64,000 bases of DNA from Vitrella brassicaformis CCMP3155 (Eukaryota > Protista > Chromerida). Numbering within the stretch: position 1 is the first letter of the stretch; each line of letters starts with the position of its first letter. The notes under the pieces are model-generated. The model made no database searches, was not told the DNA's origin, and saw nothing but the letters and a program-made list of their open reading frames with translations. The position numbers were made by a program, and so were the translations under genes. The stretch is taken from contig CDMY01000477.1 in assembly GCA_001179505.1 (NCBI GenBank), forward strand, positions 1 through 64,000, in the 5' to 3' direction. Shown here piece after piece: positions 1 through 16,515 of this stretch.

Positions 1-1317
1 TACACGTACACACACTCACTGGATGAATGGAAGGGATGTCATAGGGTACACGTATACACACTCACTGGGTGGATGGAAGGAACGTCATAGGGTACACGTA
101 GACACACTTACTGGAGAGATGGAAGGGACGTCATAGGATACACGTAGAAACTCACTGGATGGATGGAAGGGACGTCATAGGGTATACGTACACACACTCA
201 CTGAAGGTCAAAGGGTACACGTAGACACTCACTGGAGGGATGGAGGGATGGAAGGGACGTCATAGGGTACACATACACACACTCACTGGATGGATGAAAG
301 GGACGTCATAGGGTATACGTAGACACTCACTGGAGGGATGGAGGGATGGAAGGGACGTTATAGGGTACACGTACACACACTCACTGGATGGATGGAAGGG
401 ACGTTATAGGGTACACGTGGACGTCATAGGGTACACGTAGACACACACTGGAGGGATGGAAGGGACGTTATTGGGTACACGTACACACACACTCACTGGA
501 TGGAAGGGACGTCAAAGGGTACACGTAGACACTCACTGGATGGATGGAAGGGACGTCATAGGGTCACACTCACTGGAGGGGGGTACACGTACACACACTT
601 ACTGGATGGATGAAAGGGACGTCATAGGGTACACCGTACATACACTCACTGGATGGATGAAAGGGACGTCATAGGATACACGTACACACTCACTGGATGG
701 ATGGAAGGGACGTCATAGGGTATATGTACTTACTCACTGGAGGGATGGAAGGGACGTCATAGGGTACACGTACACAAACTCACTGGATGGATGGAAGGGA
801 CGTCATAGGGTACACGTACACACACTCACTGGGATGGAAGGGACGTCATAGGGTACACGGATGGAAGGGACGTTATAGGGTATACGTAGACACACACTCA
901 CTGGATGGAAGGGACGTCATAGGGTACACGTACTCACTGGAGGGATGGAAGGGACGTCATAGGGTACACGTACACACACTCACTGGAGGGATGAAAGGAA
1001 TGTCATACGGTACACGTAGACACTCACTGGAGGGATGGAAGGGACGTCATAGGGTAGAAGGGACGTCATAGGGTACACGTACACACACACTCACTGGATG
1101 GATGGAAGGAATGTCATAGGGTACAAGTCCACACACACTCATTGGAGGGATGGAAGGGACGTCATAGGGTACACGTACACACACTCACTGGAGGGATGAA
1201 AGGAATGTAGGGTACAAGTCCACACACTCACTGGAGGGATGGAAGGAACGTTATAAGGTACACGTACAAAGGGTACACACACTGGAGGGATGGAATGGAC
1301 GTCATAGGGTACACGTA
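1..1317. repeat. Minisatellite, unit ~40-50 bp (GGAAGGGACGTCATAGGGTACACGTACACACACTCACTGGAT-like), about 30 degenerate copies
   Basis: The core GGACGTCATAGGGTACACGT recurs throughout; the ORFs at 456-674 and 787-1071 are translations of the repeat. Runs off the left edge of the window. Confidence 0.95.
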
Positions 1318-1570
1318 CCGCCTTGGCCCGCTGTGTGCGCATCGAAGGTGAGCTGCCAAAATAGACTGATCGACTCCACTCCACGTGTCTCGCGTCTGTG
1401 TGTTCAGAGCAATCGTTGGGCCCCTTCTACTTGATCCAAGATTCCCCGGCGGCCCCGAAGGTACGTACGTGAGGGGCAAAAGAAGAGGCTTATCAACATT
1501 CATTCGCTCATGTCTCCTTCTCTTCTCCATTTTTGTCTCCGCATATTTGGCCGCTTCGGCGGCCACCGAG
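1318..1570 (+). repeat. Module R1, copy 1 (~250-bp intron-exon-intron unit)
   Basis: ccgccttggcccgctgtgtgcgcatcgaag|gtgagc...tgttcag|agc...gccccttctacttgatccaagattccccggcggcccc...ggccaccgag, near-identical to 4163-4425 and 6226-6466. Confidence 0.9.
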
Positions 1571-2382
1571 AGGAAGCTCGAAGGCAGAGGACCAACATGG
1601 AGGAGCGGCGTCGCAAGGACCAGGAGGAGGACAACAAGCGACAGGAGGTGACATTGTCCCCCACCCCTCACACACACACCCACACATACACACATACACA
1701 CACACACAGATGGATCTCCGACTCTCCATTTCCGCCATCCCTCTTTGGCTGTGTGTTGTGTGTGTTGTGTGTTGTGTGTTGTGTGTTGTGTGTGTTGTGT
1801 GTAGGTGTTGAAGAAGCAGCAGCGAGACGACAGCCACGGCGAGGGAGGAGTAACGGGTGCAGCAGCAGCTCCAGCTCCCGCAGCTGCAGCTGGGGGCAGT
1901 GGTGGCGGCAAGGCACCCATCAAGCGCAAGAGCAGGAATCAGCGGCGGAAGGAGAAGAAAGAACGGCAGAGGGCGGCAGAGGAGAGGGCGGCACTCGACA
2001 CAAAGCTATGGACATCTGATGCACACCTGCCGTGTCTCTCTGCAGGAAGGCCAAGGAGGATATCGATCGCCGTCTGCATTTTATATTTCTGAGGCTCTCT
2101 CGTGACTGACATGGATGACTCCGATGGTTATCCACTCCCTGAACAGTAAGAGGCCACCACCTGGTGTGAGAAATGTCGAGGTCTGCGTGTCTGTCTGTGT
2201 CTCTCACCAGCGCTGCGTTTTCGGAAGAGAAGACGAGATGGCCGGCCGAGACAGTCGGGGTGCTGGAGATGATGCAGTTCTCATTCAACTGCCCGGCTTC
2301 CCTCTGCCGACACCCCGACGGCACTGTCCGCCCCGACCCCGACAGCACCCACTGAGGGCAGGGCAGCCACTTCCTGGTTGGC

Positions 2383-2460
2383 CACTATGTGGTGTTGGGC
2401 GTGTCGCCCTTTGCGAGTAGGGAGGAGATCAAGGCGGCGTACAAGAAAGCAGCCTTCTGG
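2383..2460 (+). pseudogene. J-domain (DnaJ) N-terminal exon fragment, copy 1
   Basis: HYVVLGVSPFASREEIKAAYKKAAFW followed by a gtaagc donor; the continuation is hidden by the gap at 2495. Confidence 0.7.
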
Positions 2461-2847
2461 GTAAGCGGAGCGATGCATTGCATGCTGGAGGGATNNNNNN
2501 NNNNNNNNNNNNNNNNNNNNNNNNNNNNNNNNNNNNNNNNNNNNNNNNNNNNNNNNNNNNNNNNNNNNNNNNNNNNNNNNNNNNNNNNNNNNNNNNNNNN
2601 NNNNNNNNNNNNNNNNNNNNNNNNNNNNNNNNNNNNNNNNNNNNNNNNNNNNNNNNNNNNNNNNNNNNNNNNNNNNNNNNNNNNNNNNNNNNNNNNNNNN
2701 NNNNNNNNNNNNNNNNNNNNNNNNNNNNNNNNNNNNNNNNNNNNNNNNNNNNNNNNNNNNNNNNNNNNNNNNNNNNNNNNNNNNNNNNNNNNNNCGACGA
2801 GGGGCTGGTAAGTAAGTGGGGCATGCACGTGGGTCGTTAGTTAGTTA

Positions 2848-3535
2848 AGTACACGACTGTGTCCATGTGGCTCGTGATTGACTGCAGGGTGTGTATGAGG
2901 AGTACCGCCAGAAGGTCATGTTCTTGTGGCGGAGAGAGGTCATCGAGGACTTGCCGGTAAGTGCAGACCGCCTCAATCAGTGAAGGAATATATGACACAC
3001 ACACACAGCCGTACACATACGCGCCACACACACGTTCTTCTCCACATATCTGTCTGTCTGTCTGTCTTTGTCTGCCGACATCCACGCAGGAGATAGTCAA
3101 GAATTGGTTCCTGAAGGACGACCAAGAGGTCCCGGCCGCCGTGCTGGAAGCCGCCGCTGCTGCGGTCGAGATACCCACCCCGCGCCTGTCGACGACAGTG
3201 GCCACGACCAGCTGGAGCCCTCACGCCCAGCCATCCCACCGCTCGCCCTCCCAGGGCCCGCCGTGTCACCGTCGACCTCCCCCGGCCCCACACACCACCC
3301 ACAGCACCAGCACCAGCCGCACAGCAGCACGCCCCCACCGATGCCCCTTCGCACTGCCACCACACCCAAGGTCACAGCCCACAGCCCCGGTGGACCAGCC
3401 GCCGCACCCTCCACAGCCACACTCAAGACCAAGACACAGCAGCAGACACACAGCGGCAACGGCGAGACCGCTTGCGCCCGTCCACTCTGCATCCAACAGC
3501 ACACAGAAGCTGCCGGGTCAGATGACCTCCCCGTG
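2848..3535 (+). pseudogene. Orphan spliced coding fragments of unknown origin
   Basis: Exons GVYEEYRQKVMFLWRREVIEDLP|EIVKNWFLKDDQEVPAAVLEAAAAAVE joined by a GT-AG intron, followed by Pro/Thr-rich sequence; no start codon found. Confidence 0.4.
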
Positions 3536-4162
3536 TGTGGTGCCGTACACATCTTTGCCTGTGTGTCTGATTGCAGACTGCCAAGGAGCCCGTCACTCAC
3601 CACGTCCAGGCCACCAGCGTACGCAGATGACTACACGAGACACGACGTCACACGAGGAGAGCTTATGTATGTCCTCTGTTTATCGCTGTGTGTATCCATG
3701 CAGCCAGCCAATGTCGGATGCGTCGGCGAAACCTCACACACATCCACCCACTCACTCACAACATGGCCCCATCCAAGTGCACCTGCCTGCCTGCGTCTGT
3801 GGGTGTGCAGGTCGGTTCGGTCCCTGGTGGCCATGCATGTAGGCCGACATATATATACTGTGTTCACAGACAAGTGAGAATTCTCTGTTTTTGCAGATCG
3901 CCGTCTACATTTTATATTCGTCGGCATATCTAACAATCGATGCGCTGCCCCGTTCGCCCTCCCATTACGGAGTCGCCATTTGGCTGCCCATCTGGCTGCC
4001 CATCTGCCAGCCGCCTGCGAGTCGGCAGCGTGAGAAGCACCAAGACACCGCAATCCAATCGGTATGCACACACCCGGTGTGTCTGTGTATGTGTTTGTTG
4101 CTGGTGTGCAGATCGTTGTCTACATTTTATATTTAACCGACTGATGACGACACGCACCCGCA

Positions 4163-4425
4163 CCGCCTTGGCCCGCTGTGTGCGCATCGAAGGTGAGCTG
4201 TCAAAATAGACTGATCGACTCCACTCCACGTGTCTCGCGTCTGTGTGTTCAGAGCGATTGAAGGCCCCTTCTACTTGATCCAAGATTCCCCGGCGGCCCC
4301 ACAGGTGCGTAAGTGAGTGAGAAAGGAAGAGGGTCATCGACATTCGCTCATGTCTCCTTCTCTTCTCCATTTTGTCTCCGCATATTCGGCCGCTTCGGCG
4401 GCCACCGAGATCGACGAAGTGCCGC
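4163..4425 (+). repeat. Module R1, copy 2
   Basis: Direct match by eye to 1318-1570 and 6226-6466. Confidence 0.9.
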
Positions 4426-5072
4426 ACAGGAGGTCGAGAGGAAGGACAAGCCGCGGTGGGCCGACTACGAGGATGATACAAGTAGGTATACAGACAGACA
4501 GACAGACAAAGGGAAACAGACAAAGGAAACAGACAAAGGGAAACAGACAAAGGGAAGCAGACAAAGGGAAACACTCGACACTGTGGAGGAGGCCTTCTCG
4601 CAGGCACAAGAAGCGGCATCGCAAGGACGAGGAAAAGGACAAGAAGCGGCAGGGGGAGGTGACATTGTCCCCNNNNNNNNNNNNNNNNNNNNNNNNNNNN
4701 NNNNNNNNNNNNNNNNNNNNNNNNNNNNNNNNNNNNNNNNNNNNNNNNNNNNNNNNNNNNNNNNNNNNNNNNNNNNNNNNNNNNNNNNNNNNNNNNNNNN
4801 NNNNNNNNNNNNNNNNNNNNNNNNNNNNNNNNNNNNNNNNNNNNNNNNNNNNNNNNNNNNNNNNNNNNNNNNNNNNNNNNNNNNNNNNNNNNNNNNNNNN
4901 NNNNNNNNNNNNNNNNNNNNNNNNNNNNNNNNNNNNNNNNNNNNNNNNNNNNNNNNNNNNNNNNNNNNNNNNGAGGGAAACAGATCAAGGGAAAGAGACA
5001 GACCTTAGACGCAATGTACCTGTGAGATATTTGTGTGTGTGTGCAGGTCGGTGCAGTTCCTTCCTGGTTGGC

Positions 5073-5289
5073 CACTATGTGGTGTTGGGCGTGTCGCCCT
5101 TTGCGAGTAGGGAGGAGATCAAGGCGGCGTACAAGAATGCAGCCCTCTGGGTAAGCGGAGCGATGGCTGCGATGCATTGCATGCTGGAGGGATGATGTGA
5201 CGCGGATGGCGCCGTGCGTGTGCACCGGTGTGTTGGTTGCAATGGGTGTGCTGTCATTGCATTCGATGCAGGCTCATCCCGATAGGGGT
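5073..5289 (+). pseudogene. J-domain fragment, copy 2, truncated just after HPD
   Basis: HYVVLGVSPFASREEIKAAYKNAALW | intron 5151-5271 | AHPDRG; helices III-IV are absent. Confidence 0.75.
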
Positions 5290-5319
5290 TTCTTGAAGGA
5301 CGGCTATATGTTTGGTTGC

Positions 5320-5838
5320 CACACCAACAGACATCGTCACGGCGGTGCTGAAGTACCATGTTGTGAGGGGCGCTTTCGGGGTGCGCCGGTGCGGGAGCTC
5401 GCCGCGCAGAGCGGGGGTGCGCTGCCGACACTCGAGGGGTCCACACTCCCCGTCCTCGCCGATGGGATCGACGACATCACTGTTGGTACGTACGTTGATT
5501 GATGCATCCGTCCAGACGACCAGGCTCAAGGCCCTGCTGGCGACGTGCAGCATCGGCCTGGCAGCTGGAGAGGCCTACACCGTCTTCGCCTTTATACAGA
5601 CGACCAGATCAACCAGCTGGACGCCCGCCTCATCGAGAGAATAGCGACCGACGAGGAGCTGGCCAGGGCAGGGATTGCCACACCCACAGACATCCTGACG
5701 TCCGTGCTCAAGTACCATGTTGTGAGGGGCGCTTTCGGTGTGCGGGAGCTGGCCGCGCAGAGCGGCGGTGCGCTGTCGACACTCGAGGGGTCCACACTCC
5801 CCGTCCTCGCCGATGGCATCGACAACATCACTGTTGGT
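5320..5838 (+). pseudogene. Two tandem fasciclin (FAS1) domain fragments
   Basis: YTVFAF...ATPTDILTSVLKYHVVRG...LSTLEGSTLPV resembles the FAS1 H1 and YHVV motifs. Copy 1 (5320-5485) has a frame disruption (gtgcgccggtgcggg); both copies end in a gtacgt donor. Confidence 0.7.
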
Positions 5839-5849
5839 ACGTTGACATG

Positions 5850-6290
5850 ATACACACCCGTATACACGCACACACACACCATACACATCTTCGCCTGTGT
5901 GTGTGTGTGTGTGTGTGTGTAGTAGGTCGTTGCAGTCGGAGGCCTTCGAGCAGATCGTGGGTCGCAAGGCGGACTTGATGGGGAGGGACATCCCCAACCT
6001 GAAGACCGAGATCATCCAGAAGGAGCGGTACGCCTGACGGGCTGTGGGTACTCATCTGAGTTTTCCCATGTCTGCTGTGACTCTCAGGAGATCCTACGCC
6101 TGCTGAAGGCCAAGAAGGAGGCCCTCTTGGTGTGCAGATCGCTGTCTACGTTTTATATTCGATCGACTCATGACGTCTCTTCCACCGCACTGCCTTCCCA
6201 CTCCAATGATCCGCAAAGGGTATGTGACCTGTCGAAATAGACTGATCGACTCCACTGCACGTGTCTCGCGTCTGTGTGTTCAGAGCGATC
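5850..6290 (+). repeat. ~440-bp module with an inverted copy at 20110-20560
   Basis: Intron + exon SLQSEAFEQIVGRKADLMGRDIPNLKTEIIQKER + intron + exon EILRLLKAKKEALL + motif + start of R1; aligns by eye with the reverse complement of 20110-20560. Confidence 0.9.
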
Positions 6291-6466
6291 GAATCCAAGG
6301 CCCCTTCTACTTGATCCAAGATTCCCCGGCGGCCCCACAGGTGCGTAAGTGAGGGGCAAAAGAAGAGGCTCATCAACATTCATTCGCTCATGTCTCCTTC
6401 TCTTCTCCATTTTTGTCTCCGCATATTCGGCCGCTTCGGCGGCCACCGAGATCGACGAAGTGCCGC
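6226..6466 (+). repeat. Module R1, copy 3 (5' part differs)
   Basis: Direct match by eye to copies 1 and 2 from aaatagactgatcgactcc onward. Confidence 0.9.
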
Positions 6467-8550
6467 CTGAAAGTCACCGAGGTCGCCCTTTGTAGAGCAT
6501 ACAGACTGACAGACGATGATACAAGTAGGTATACAGACAGACTGACAAACAGATAGACAGACTGACAGACTGACAGACAGACAAAGGGAAACAGATCAAG
6601 GGAAAGAGACAGACCTTAGACGCAATGTACCTGTGAGATATTTGTGTGTGAGTGTTGTGTGTGTGCAGGTCGGTTCGGTCCCTGGTGGGGCAAGGGGTGT
6701 TGCAAGGTGGGCTGGATGGGTGGATGGGAGAAGAGAGAGACACATGGATGGATCTGTGTATGGTGTGCGTTTCTGTGCCATTGATGGATGGATGGATGGT
6801 GTCCGTTTCAGGCTACGATTCAGCTGACAGACCTCAAAACGGTCAGGATGATCAAGCCGTCCTCCCTGTTCGGCCAGCAGGCTGCTCGCAACAACCACCC
6901 CATGGTCCCTCCCATCGCCCCGTCCTTCTCCACCCATTCGGCAAAACACAGCTCAAGTACTCGCTCAGTGTCGGCACCACCACCACCACCAACAGCAACA
7001 ACCGGCCCATCGCCATCCTGCCGCCGCCCAAGACCAAGCGTGCTGCCATTCCCCCACCCCCATCGCCCTTCGGTGGCAAGAACAGCGTTGGCGTTGGCGT
7101 GTCGGTGCAGACGAACGTGTCGCGTGTGGTACGTGGTGGGTCGCGGGGGCCCATCCGTGTGATACGTATCCAGCGGTCAGTGCCCTCGATGATGCCTCGA
7201 TAGACGGATGGACGGATGGGTGGACCCGCTGTCCCATGTGTGTGCATGCCACGCCATGCCAATTCACTCATTCACGCACCCACTTGCTGATTTCTGCCTC
7301 CCGAGGCAGACAGACAGACAGACACCCACCCCTGACACACTCCACACCGACGCGGAGACAGACAGAGAGGGCACACCGTTTTGCACCCACCCACCCACTA
7401 CACTCACTAGTGGCGTCTCCTCTTCATGCCTTTCTGCCTACGATGCATGATTGACTTCTCCCTCCCTCCCTCCCTCCCTCTGTGGGCCGTCCGTGGAGTG
7501 TATTTGCACATCTCTCTGTGTGTCTGGGCCGGCCGGGGGGATCTGTGGCTGTGGGTGCTAGTCACTGAGTGAGTGGTGTGTTCTGATGTTTTTGTACATG
7601 CGCGACGATGAATGAAACAGAGCGCATGAGGCACACACGCGTCCATCCATCCACCTTTCATCCATACAGTGAGTGCACTGTGTGTATGCTGCACACACCA
7701 TCGCCCCTTCTCTCCAGAGTTTTCTTACGTGGGTCTAGTCATGTCGTGGTGTTCTTTTCTGTCGTCGTCGGTCTATCGGTCCGTTTTTCTCCATCTTTTT
7801 TCTCATCGGGTGGGCTGTTAGTCAGGGGAGCTCAGTGTGTCGTTGTCGACTGCGTTGGTACCTTCCCACACCGCCTTACCACAGCTAGGTGGGTGCACAA
7901 AGGGATGGATGGATGGTCGGTTGTCTGGCAGGCACCACACGCGGCACCCATCTCGCATCCATCCGACGAACCAGGCAGCCAGCCAGCCAGCCAAAGTCTT
8001 TGTCCGTCCGTCTGTCTGTCTATTGCGGCATACAACACCATGCGCACACCTACATCTGCCAGGACGAAAGGAAGACAGGAAGCACTGAAACGTGATTACC
8101 AATCGCTGTGTACATTTTATATCAGTCAGGCTATTGCCTTGATTGATCACGTGCAGGTTGTGTTGTACACAGTCGTGCAGGACAGAGACAGTAGCATGAT
8201 TAGACGTACACAGCGTGTTCAAAAGAGAGACACTTCCTGAACAACTTGCAAGTCATGTTTGATGGACGGACTTGCATCCTTTTGTCTTACGGCTCGCACG
8301 CACTCATTTCCATGCGGTATTAATTGGCAGTACATGTTGGACGTCAAGACGAAAGGCCAACGGATCTGGCGAGGGGCGGGCGGAGTAGAAACACGCTCCC
8401 AGGGGCACCAAGCCTTAGGCGAACTAGGGCAAACAACGCCAGCTTAAGCCTTAAGACTTAGCCAGATCTCGGATCGCGTCCCCCGCGCGGATCGCGCATT
8501 TGGGGGCCCCGCACGCTTTCTCTCCGCCCGATCTGTTACCAAACAAAAGG

Positions 8551-10690
8551 ATGGGCGCGTCGTGTAGCCGTCGGCTCGGCGCTCTACTGCACATCGGAGG
8601 TCGTGGCCGTATCTCCCCTCCTCCGCCCACCGCAACCGACCAAGAAATCTCCACTGGTCGGACCAACAATACCAACCGCACAGCAAGGAGTGCCATAGCG
8701 TCGCCCTCCGCACTGCAACGCCCTCTGCTGGACGAATATGAGCTCCAGCACATTGTGGGGAGGGGCCAAACGGCCGTGGTGTGGCGTGCCCGGCATTATG
8801 AGTCGGGGGAGGAGAGGGCTGTCAAGCAGATACCCAAGAAGAAAGGCACCAGCGAGAAGCTGACGGCTTACTGGGAGCGGGAGGTCGCCGCTCTGGAGCG
8901 GTTCTCAGGCGTGGACCACGAGAATGTGATCTCGATGCATGAGAAGTTTGAGGACAGTGACTTCTATTACATTGTAAGGGAGCGGCGAGGGGCCCTTTGG
9001 CTTATGGGTTTATGTGTTTATCTTCCGTTTTGCAGGTGTTGGATCTGTGTCTCGGTGGTGAGCTATACTACCCGGTCCGGCAGCAGCAGTTCAGCGAGAG
9101 GAGAGCGGCAAAGATTATGTTCCAAGTGTTTCAGGCGAGAAGTGCCACGAGCATGACATCATACACAACGGTGGGCCGAATACGAGACGCAGACCTTTGG
9201 CCCTCTCAGATACAGCCCTGCGAGGGTGGTTCTACAGACATCAAAGCCGAGAACTTCCTCTTCGAGACTCCTTTGCCCGAATCACCCGTCAAGCTGATGT
9301 AAGCGCCCTCATTCCATTCCTCTCTCCCGTGTGCACATTCCTGTCCTGTCTCATATGCAGCGACTTCGGCTTGTCCGTCATCGACACATCCCCTTCCCGC
9401 GCGGCTGTCAAGCAAGAGGGCGGCTCCTCCCGAGCCCCCACCCCTTCTCTGCCCACGGCAGCCAACACATCGGTGGTGCCGCAGCCTGACGAATCTCGCT
9501 CACAGACGCCAGCAGACATGCGCCATCCCCCAGCGTATGCCTGCAGACTGCATCAAGCCGGCGAGGAGATACCAATGGGCGACAATGCGCATTATATCGC
9601 GCCTGAGGTGTTGAAGGGCATCGTCCGGAAGGAATCGGATATCTGGAGTGCCGGGGTGAGTTGGTTGCTGGGTGGAAAAAGCGCGTGGTTCATCTAATTC
9701 CCGTGTGGAAAGAGCAGGTGTTGATGTGGTTCTTGCTGAGTGGAAGCTACCCGTTTGATGGCCCTTCCGCCTCGTCTATACGTGAGGCCATCGCCAAAGG
9801 TACAGGAGCCCGCAATGCAGCTCCTGCGGATGCCGTCTGTATGTCTCGCGTGTGTGTCTCTCGTACGTGCCTGCCAGAGAAGTACGCCTTTGGCAGTGAA
9901 TGGAAGGACGTCAGCGACACGGTGAGACACACAGCAGAAGATGCGCAAGGCCTGAGTTGACTTGGCCTCGTCTCTGTCACTCCACAGGCGAAAGACTTCA
10001 TCCGAGCGTTGCTGGAGGTGGGTGCTGGCCATCATTTCACCCCCTGTGCATTCTGTATGTGTCTCGTGCTGCACTGCCCTTGTCCATCCAGCCTTGGTAC
10101 GAGTGGCGTCCCTCCGCTAGCGACGCACTGCAGCACAAGTAACCAGAATGTACCAACCAGAACATGCACACGTGTCTCTCCCTTCGGTTGCATTGCAGGT
10201 GGTTCATCCAGTGGCACTGCGTCAAGCAGCCCATCATGTCCGATGGCCCCTCACCCAGCGCCACACCAAACACGTCGAGACGGCCCCTCTTCGGCATCAT
10301 CGCCAGGGCCCATCGATGCGTGTGCCGTCCGACAAGAGAAAGAGGCAGCAGCGGTCTGCCCTGGGGGACGGCACACAGCAGGGTGAGGGCGGCCGGGAGA
10401 GCGCCCGAGGTTCAGCCAAGAGCATCCAGACGCTGAGGCCCAGCCAGATAACGTCGCTGTATGTTGGGAAGATGACCGCTTCCATGGCCAACAGCATCGT
10501 CGGCAGACACATGCCCGTGCCGGCCGCCGAGAGCAGCACGAGTCCGAGTGGTACGTCTGAGGACTTGCGTGTGTTCTTCGACTCGTCGCTGCCGCACCTG
10601 TCGTCCCCGCCCATTTCCACTCCCGTCTGCGGCAGCCACAGACCATCAGTCGTGGACGACAAAAGGGGGGCCTGGCCTGACATTTGACCA
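8551..10690 (+). CDS. CAMK-group (CDPK-like) Ser/Thr kinase, multi-exon, with an apparent frameshift near 9137; possibly a pseudogene
   Basis: MGASCS N-terminus; GRGQTAVV, RAVKQ, EREVAAL; spliced HNDIKAEN (intron 9171-9237), IDFGL, YIAPEVL, DIWSAGV, SGSYPF, AKDFIRALL. No EF-hands seen; 3' end uncertain. Confidence 0.85.
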
Positions 10691-10909
10691 TGGCATGCCT
10701 GCCTGCTCACGTGTATAGTGCTGGTGCAGCGTGGGTGACGAGCCTGTGTGGACGTGTGTGTGTGTGTGGAAATGCCTGTGTCCGCGACCGCGCCTGTGTT
10801 CGTCGGGAAGGTGCTGCAAAGTGCGCATCGAGAAGTAAATGGAAGCATTGAGCACCAGACAGGCACAAGTCTGTACACGCATCACTTGTCCACCGAACCA
10901 CAAAGCAGT

Positions 10910-12043
10910 CTAGTAGAACCACTCAGCGCCGCCCCCTGCCTTTTCCCTTCACTCCCCCGACAGCGAAAATGCTCGACGCCTTCTTTCGCTCTGTCTTGGC
11001 CTTGAGCTGCTGCCTGCACCCACCAACACACACCATACCACACCACACCAACCAAGAAATGTCCATGTGTGTGTATACATGGACGGATGCTGCTTACTGT
11101 TTTGCCTTGTTGGCCTGGGAGAGGTTAGTGTGTTTGCCGACGGACAGCTGCACCCCCAGCTCCCTCTCCTTCTCTCGCAGCTTCTGGAGCCGATCTTTCT
11201 CGTTCTTCCGCGCCTTGACCAGAATGTTGTAGGGAATCTTCGGACCCTTAGCGGCCTGCACACATACACGCGCAGCGAATGCGAGTGATAGCCTCTATCC
11301 GTGTGAAGCAGGTGTGTGCGTACCGAGCCCCCCAGCGCCCGTATCTTGGCCGCTTCGTACTGCCGCTGCTGCGCTTTGTCCAGCTCTGGATATGCTGCAG
11401 CACCACAACCACCACATGCGACTAGTGGTCCAGAGAGATCTCTCCATCTGGCTGTCCCGACTCACCCAGGTCTCGAATTTTCCTCAGTGTGTCATTGAAC
11501 TCATGGTTGTCCTTCGATGCCGTTGCAGCCTTGCCCTTCCGGCGCCCTGGGAGGGGGGAGGATGAAGCCGAGCCTTTGCCGAGCATCTTGGATACAGACG
11601 GGTCCTGACACACACAGACAGCCGCGAGAGTGCGCACCGCACACCTGCGCAGGTAGACCTACTGCACAACTGCACAACCGGGCATCGCTCACCAGAAACG
11701 CCTTGAGCTCATCTTTGGACGGCCGTGAAGGGGCTGCTGCCGAGTCGCTCGGCTTCGATTGGGCACCCTTGCGCCGCACTCCACCGAAGAACTCGTCTCC
11801 CCTCTGCTCATCTTCGCTTTTCACAGCCGATGACTCATCAGCCGGAGCCTTCACGCCAGCTGTTTCTTGAGCCTTCTGACGATTTGCCGAGGCACGGCGA
11901 TTCTCAGCGTTGCTGCCGCGGGAGAGAGATCTCTTCTTGGTCGTGGTGAGGGCGTCGCGGGTGCTTGTGGAGTCTTCTGGGGCGTCAAACGACGCTAGGA
12001 ACTGCTCGCCGAAGGCCTGGAGCCGCTCATCTACATCGTCCAT
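10910..12043 (-). CDS. C1orf131/Faf1-like (DUF4602) small-subunit ribosome biogenesis protein
   Basis: Spliced protein MDDVDERLQAFGEQFLASFD...YEAAKIRALGAR...KGPKIPYNILVKARKNEKDRLQKLREKERELG...GGAEWFY*; the RALGA-K-P-K-YN-L pattern recalls this family. Confidence 0.55.
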
Positions 12044-12219
12044 TTTTCCCCCTCCCAATCTTCGGAGCTCGCACTTCGATCAGGTGAGAAGAAGCGCATT
12101 TTGTGTGTTACAGACGTTACGGAGGCTCTATGTGGGCTTGTGCAGACGTAGTGGTGATACTGGGACCTTCCTAAGAGGCTGGAGGGAGTGATCGACCTCC
12201 CAGTCGGCGCAGGGTCAAG

Positions 12220-16515
<4,296 letters not shown>

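Larger units (their letters stand above)
1318..8125 (+). mobile_element. Left patchwork block of duplicated modules and captured gene fragments (element class unknown)
   Basis: Repeated modules, J-domain and fasciclin fragments, no coherent full-length gene, and five + strand copies of the TACATTTTATAT motif (2066, 3897, 4112, 6138, 8102). No transposase, reverse transcriptase or Rep/Hel coding sequence seen. Confidence 0.55.

Noticed and set aside
1-1317. CRISPR-like appearance of the regular repeats
   Set aside because: There are no unique spacers, the units are degenerate tandem copies, no cas genes are present and the context is eukaryotic.
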